Position numbers and translations under genes: made by a program. Below, one piece after another: positions 60,080 to 64,000 of a stretch of 64,000 nucleotides of DNA. The stretch lies in IMG/VR virus record IMGVR_UViG_3300047471_000178, positions 1-64,000 of that record; one strand, 5' to 3'. How positions within the stretch are numbered: the stretch's first letter is position 1; each line of letters begins with the position of its first letter. The DNA is from a virus. The notes under the pieces were generated by a model. The model did not search any database. It was not told where the DNA came from and saw only the letters and a program-made list of their open reading frames with translations.

Positions 60080-62998
60080 ATGGGCTCTAAGGGCAATACC
60101 ACAACTACCCAACAAAACCAGAATTACACACCCAACGCCCCCGTAGGTGCCGCTGGCTCACAAGCTATTAATACCGCTCAAGGTCTTTCCCAGTCACCAT
60201 TTTCTATGCCGGTGGCTCCGGTCGCTGGCTTTACCCCATTCCAGAATCAAGCCTTTGGTGCAACTCAACAGCAACTCGGTATGGCTCAGCCCTACATGCA
60301 GGCTGGTGCCGGATATCTTGGACAAAGTGCCGCACCAATTACAGGCCAGGACGTTTCACAATACTACAATCCGATGGCTGCCAACGTGTTTGGCCAGATG
60401 CAAAACATCTTTGGCCAGCAGCAGAGGAACACGACGGGTCAATTAACCCAGGCTGCCGGTGGTGTAGGTGCTGATCGTATCGCTGTAGGTCAGTCTGAAC
60501 TGGCTAACCAGCAGGGACTAGCCGCAGGACAGACCGCTGCGGGACTTTATCAGCAGGCTTTACAGGCCGCTCAGCAACAGAAGCAGATGGAGGCCGGGGC
60601 TGGATATGGGATGTCTCAATTAGGTCCCGCCGCTCAAGCTGCCCAACTTCAGAGTATTGGAGCCTTAGGAGCCGCTGGTGGACAACAGCAACAACTTGCC
60701 CAAGCTCAGCAGAATGCTCAGTATCAAAATCAATTAGCTCAGATCGCTTGGCCATATCAGAACAACCAGTATCTCGCTTCCATTACGGCAGGTCTTGCCC
60801 CTGCCCTCGGTGGCTCTCAAGCCGGTCAATCCACTACCACAGGGCCAACTCCTAGCCCACTTAATCAGATACTTGGTGTCGGAACTGCGGCAGCGGGCCT
60901 TTTCCTAAATCGCGGTGGAGCGGTTGGTTATGCCGATGGTGGAAGTCCATATGGAAAACTAGCCGATGCCGCCTATCGGCGTGATTTATCCTCGATGATT
61001 CCGACAGCGGAAGCTGGAAATCCATACACCGCAGAAGCTCTGGGTGCGATAGGGGGATCATTACCGACCTTTGCTGCGGGTGGTGATATTCAGCAGATGA
61101 TGCAGCAACAAGAGCAAGCTCCTCCTCCAGTTCCGGGGGCGGCACTCCCCAATTCAGGGGGTATGGCACCTATCCCGACGCTAGGGGCTACGATTCCTAC
61201 CACCCCTGGATCGGCCCCTATCCCTTATATGTCATCTAGGCCATTTGGCGGACAGTATCATAATACCTTAGACCTAAAACCAGCATCCACCAAGGTCCCT
61301 GCTGGTCAAGAGACGCTTGGGGGAGACATATCCCAGGGTATCAAGCTCGCCCAGAAGCTCGATGACTCATTCAGCGGCGATAGCGGTTCAGGTAATTACG
61401 GTGGTACAGGTGGTGATTTAGGTGCCCTCTACGCTCGTGGTGGGGCATCTGGAGGTGCGGTCAATCCATATGATATGGGGCGTGGCTTTGCTCCTGGGGG
61501 AGATACCGCTTACGACCCGTCAGGGGATGATCTCTATGGGGACTCTGGACCCGCTGGCCCTGTTGTCGATGTCATGAAGCAGCAGTGGAATGATGCTGGA
61601 GCACCTCTTACGGAGAGCCTTAGGGCTGGTACGCCAGCGGCAGCCTCAACAGGAGAATCCGGCTCATCTGGAATGGATGAGTCCGGGATGAGGCTCTCTC
61701 CCGTTCAAGCAGCATCCCCAATGGGTAATCCCCCTATGCCAAGGGCGAGGCCGGATGTTGCTGGATATAGCCTACCAGAGCAGGGAACTGTTCAGCACTC
61801 CGCAAGCCAAGCGTGGAAAGAAGCCGGAATGTCTCCTACCGGCGTCGGCGGGATATTCATGAATATCCCAGACGAGAGCAACTGGAATCCCAATCTAAGA
61901 CACCCAGACCAACCTGCATATAGCGGTGAAGCACATTATGCCCACGGCCTTTACCAAGAGGGCGGCGCTGAATGGAACCGTTATCAAAGATGGCTTGGAC
62001 AGCAAGGACACGATCCAACCACCGAATGGAATAACCCCGATCTGCAAAACCAGTTTACCGCGTGGAATCTAAAGACAAATTATCCTCGCGTCTGGGATCA
62101 AATGTATAACGCTAAGACACCGGGAGAAGCCGGTGCTGCGTTCGTAAGAGGCTATCTAAAACCGGCACAGCACTTTCAGGAAGCTCGCGCCAGCAAATAT
62201 CTCGGTACGAGCGGGGGAGTCACACCGGCAACCTATGCAGAGAGAGGCGAGCCGCTTCCGTCTTCTCCATTGAATGCCGATATGACGCCTAACCATTATC
62301 GGATGCCGGGAAATCAACTTCCATATCAAAACTTGGCACAAGAGCAGCAGGGATATGGAGCCAGATTAGCTCGCAATCCGAATGCATTGGCTCTCATGAA
62401 GGCTGGTGCAGCGATAGCATCGACCGCTGGGCCTGTTGGCACGGCTATTGGTCGTGGATTTGGTGCGGCTGCCGGTTCGCTAGAGGGCTCTCGCGCTGCG
62501 ATTAGGACGGATGAGCAGGTCAATCAAAAGGCTCAATCTATCTATCAGCAGGCTGTAGAACACCTGGATCATTATCAGCGCAAGACTCCGCATGAAGCGG
62601 CTATCGAGTCGATGGGGAGATTTACCCCCATCAATTATACCAATCCGGAAACCGGACAGGTCCAGGTTGGCCGCTTTGATGCACGCCACGGCATCCTTTC
62701 CGACTCGCAGGGCAATCCCGTACAAGCGGGAAGAATTCTTGGACGCAATGCCGCTGCCGCTGGCATGAGCGAAAACCAAGCCATTACCCAAGCCAGAAAC
62801 CTCGTTCAAATTCCAGGCTCCAAGTATTGGGGTAAGGACCCGTTGGAAGTAGCCAAGGAATTGATGCATAGCGAAGCATCCCCGACCGGGGCTACTCCTT
62901 CAGCAGCTACCGCAGAACCCGATCCAGGTGCTGGCAAGAGAGTCAAAGGAAAGTGGTATATTGGGCCGAGTGGTAAGCCCCAACAATGGCTTGGGTGA
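60080..62998 (+). CDS. large internal virion/ejection-type protein with possible lysozyme-like domain
   Basis: 972 aa with a Gln-rich N-part. 'IPDESNWNPNLRH...AHGLYQEGGAEWNRYQRWL...FVRGYLKP' may be a phage tail lysozyme-type domain. Confidence 0.4.
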   Translation: MGSKGNTTTTQQNQNYTPNAPVGAAGSQAINTAQGLSQSPFSMPVAPVAGFTPFQNQAFGATQQQLGMAQPYMQAGAGYLGQSAAPITGQDVSQYYNPMAANVFGQMQNIFGQQQRNTTGQLTQAAGGVGADRIAVGQSELANQQGLAAGQTAAGLYQQALQAAQQQKQMEAGAGYGMSQLGPAAQAAQLQSIGALGAAGGQQQQLAQAQQNAQYQNQLAQIAWPYQNNQYLASITAGLAPALGGSQAGQSTTTGPTPSPLNQILGVGTAAAGLFLNRGGAVGYADGGSPYGKLADAAYRRDLSSMIPTAEAGNPYTAEALGAIGGSLPTFAAGGDIQQMMQQQEQAPPPVPGAALPNSGGMAPIPTLGATIPTTPGSAPIPYMSSRPFGGQYHNTLDLKPASTKVPAGQETLGGDISQGIKLAQKLDDSFSGDSGSGNYGGTGGDLGALYARGGASGGAVNPYDMGRGFAPGGDTAYDPSGDDLYGDSGPAGPVVDVMKQQWNDAGAPLTESLRAGTPAAASTGESGSSGMDESGMRLSPVQAASPMGNPPMPRARPDVAGYSLPEQGTVQHSASQAWKEAGMSPTGVGGIFMNIPDESNWNPNLRHPDQPAYSGEAHYAHGLYQEGGAEWNRYQRWLGQQGHDPTTEWNNPDLQNQFTAWNLKTNYPRVWDQMYNAKTPGEAGAAFVRGYLKPAQHFQEARASKYLGTSGGVTPATYAERGEPLPSSPLNADMTPNHYRMPGNQLPYQNLAQEQQGYGARLARNPNALALMKAGAAIASTAGPVGTAIGRGFGAAAGSLEGSRAAIRTDEQVNQKAQSIYQQAVEHLDHYQRKTPHEAAIESMGRFTPINYTNPETGQVQVGRFDARHGILSDSQGNPVQAGRILGRNAAAAGMSENQAITQARNLVQIPGSKYWGKDPLEVAKELMHSEASPTGATPSAATAEPDPGAGKRVKGKWYIGPSGKPQQWLG

Positions 62999-63001
62999 TG
63001 A

Positions 63002-64000
63002 ATGGCCGACGAATGGGGTCCTCCCACCGAGCCGGACGCGCCAACACCCGTTGCTGCCGATAGCGGGTGGGGTCAACCCCAAGAAACTCCTCCTAAGGCA
63101 GAGGATGGATGGGGTCCTCCCCCTTATGCAGGGGCTATGCCTGGCGTCCTTGAGGCATTTGGCCAGGGCTTGGGCCAAGGCACAAAGCAGGTCGGTCAGA
63201 CCCTTACTTCCTTCAGCAGCGTAGCTCCTACCCCCGATAAGGAAGAACCCAGTAGAGCGGCTGAACCCATGGCTTGGGGCGATGTCCTGGAGCCGTGGGG
63301 CAAGTTGGCTCCTAAGGTTGCCTACAGGGCCGCTGAGAGCTATCCAGGGATCGCTGGCGGCATCGCTGGTGGGTTGGCTGGTGCTGCCACTCCTATACCA
63401 GGGGGTGCTCTCATTGGCGGAGCCGGTGGGGCTGCCGTGGGCGCTGCGTTCCAAACCCTAGGCCCTGAATTTAGCAAGGAACTCCAAAAGAATCCCAGCG
63501 ACCCTGAGGGGGCATGGACCCGCGCCAAGGAGAGTGCCGCCATATCCGGTGCCTTCTCTGGCGCGGGTTGGGCTGCCTATCCGGTCAAGTTCTTCCCCAA
63601 GCTCCTCGATGGCCCTGTCAAGCAACTGGCTTTCCAGATAGCCGGAGTTCAGCCAGCGGTCTCTGTCGGTCAACAGGCCGTCCAGAACCTCAGACAAGGC
63701 CAGCCGATAACCGAGGGTCTCGGACAAGCTTACGGTGAAGGCGCGGCCATGACCGCCGTTCCTGCCCTGGGTCATGCCATCGTTACCGGACGCATCGGGG
63801 AAGCACCGAAAGCCCCTACCGTAGAAGATATCAAAGCCAAGGTTGCCGAGAGGAATGCACAAGCCGACAATCTTGAGCGGCAAATGAACGACCCAAGGAC
63901 AAGCCCCGATGATGCTGCCGACCTTGGAAGCCGCGCCAGAGGTTTCCGGAGGCAAGCCGAGCAGGACCAGATGAGGCTGGATGCTCCGGCCAAGATGAAA
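63002..64000 (+). CDS. 3'-truncated large virion protein
   Basis: ATG 63002 opens a frame that stays open for 333 codons to the window end ('MADEWGPPTEPDAPTP...'). Absent from the ORF track because no stop lies in the window. Confidence 0.55.
   Translation, partial: MADEWGPPTEPDAPTPVAADSGWGQPQETPPKAEDGWGPPPYAGAMPGVLEAFGQGLGQGTKQVGQTLTSFSSVAPTPDKEEPSRAAEPMAWGDVLEPWGKLAPKVAYRAAESYPGIAGGIAGGLAGAATPIPGGALIGGAGGAAVGAAFQTLGPEFSKELQKNPSDPEGAWTRAKESAAISGAFSGAGWAAYPVKFFPKLLDGPVKQLAFQIAGVQPAVSVGQQAVQNLRQGQPITEGLGQAYGEGAAMTAVPALGHAIVTGRIGEAPKAPTVEDIKAKVAERNAQADNLERQMNDPRTSPDDAADLGSRARGFRRQAEQDQMRLDAPAKMK

Overview
This window is a 64-kb piece of a tailed dsDNA phage or prophage. The host is probably alphaproteobacterial, because the window encodes a GcrA-like regulator, a DnaA-domain-IV-like protein and RusA.

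Genes lie in alternating strand blocks:
- 1-3289 (+): replication and recombination-type early genes.
- 3286-4605 (-): a small serine recombinase followed by five translationally coupled miniproteins.
- 4703-5758 (+): small genes.
- 5789-16443 (-): a long leftward array. It holds an M28-like peptidase, two large paralogous proteins, many 40-150 aa ORFs, two tRNA-Glu-like genes with an 8-nt anticodon loop, and a family of (CT)n/(AG)n hairpin repeats. It is interrupted by an oppositely oriented small terminase gene with pac-like direct repeats.
- 16740-21194 (+): membrane miniproteins, a ConA-like protein and a large glycoside-hydrolase-like protein.
- 21186-29193 (-): a tightly coupled operon for a CMP-nonulosonic acid (pseudaminic-acid-type sugar).
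- 29265-64000 (+): the morphogenesis block. It runs from the large terminase through portal, GroES-like protein, scaffold-like protein, major capsid protein and small Ser/Thr-rich structural proteins. A sialyltransferase-fold (GT42/Maf-like) gene sits among those, followed by a beta-helix tailspike, repeat-rich fibre proteins, adaptor/nozzle-like proteins, a collar-domain fibre and very large ejection-type proteins. The last ORF runs off the window.

The strongest candidate for a new system is the phage-encoded sugar pathway together with the sialyltransferase-fold gene in the virion module. I propose they glycosylate the virion or a host surface structure with a nonulosonic acid. The second candidate is the pair of tRNA-like genes with expanded anticodon loops.

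All functional calls rest on motifs recalled from memory and on gene order; no searches were run. Coordinates of hand-found small ORFs and hairpins were counted manually and could be off by 1-2 nt.
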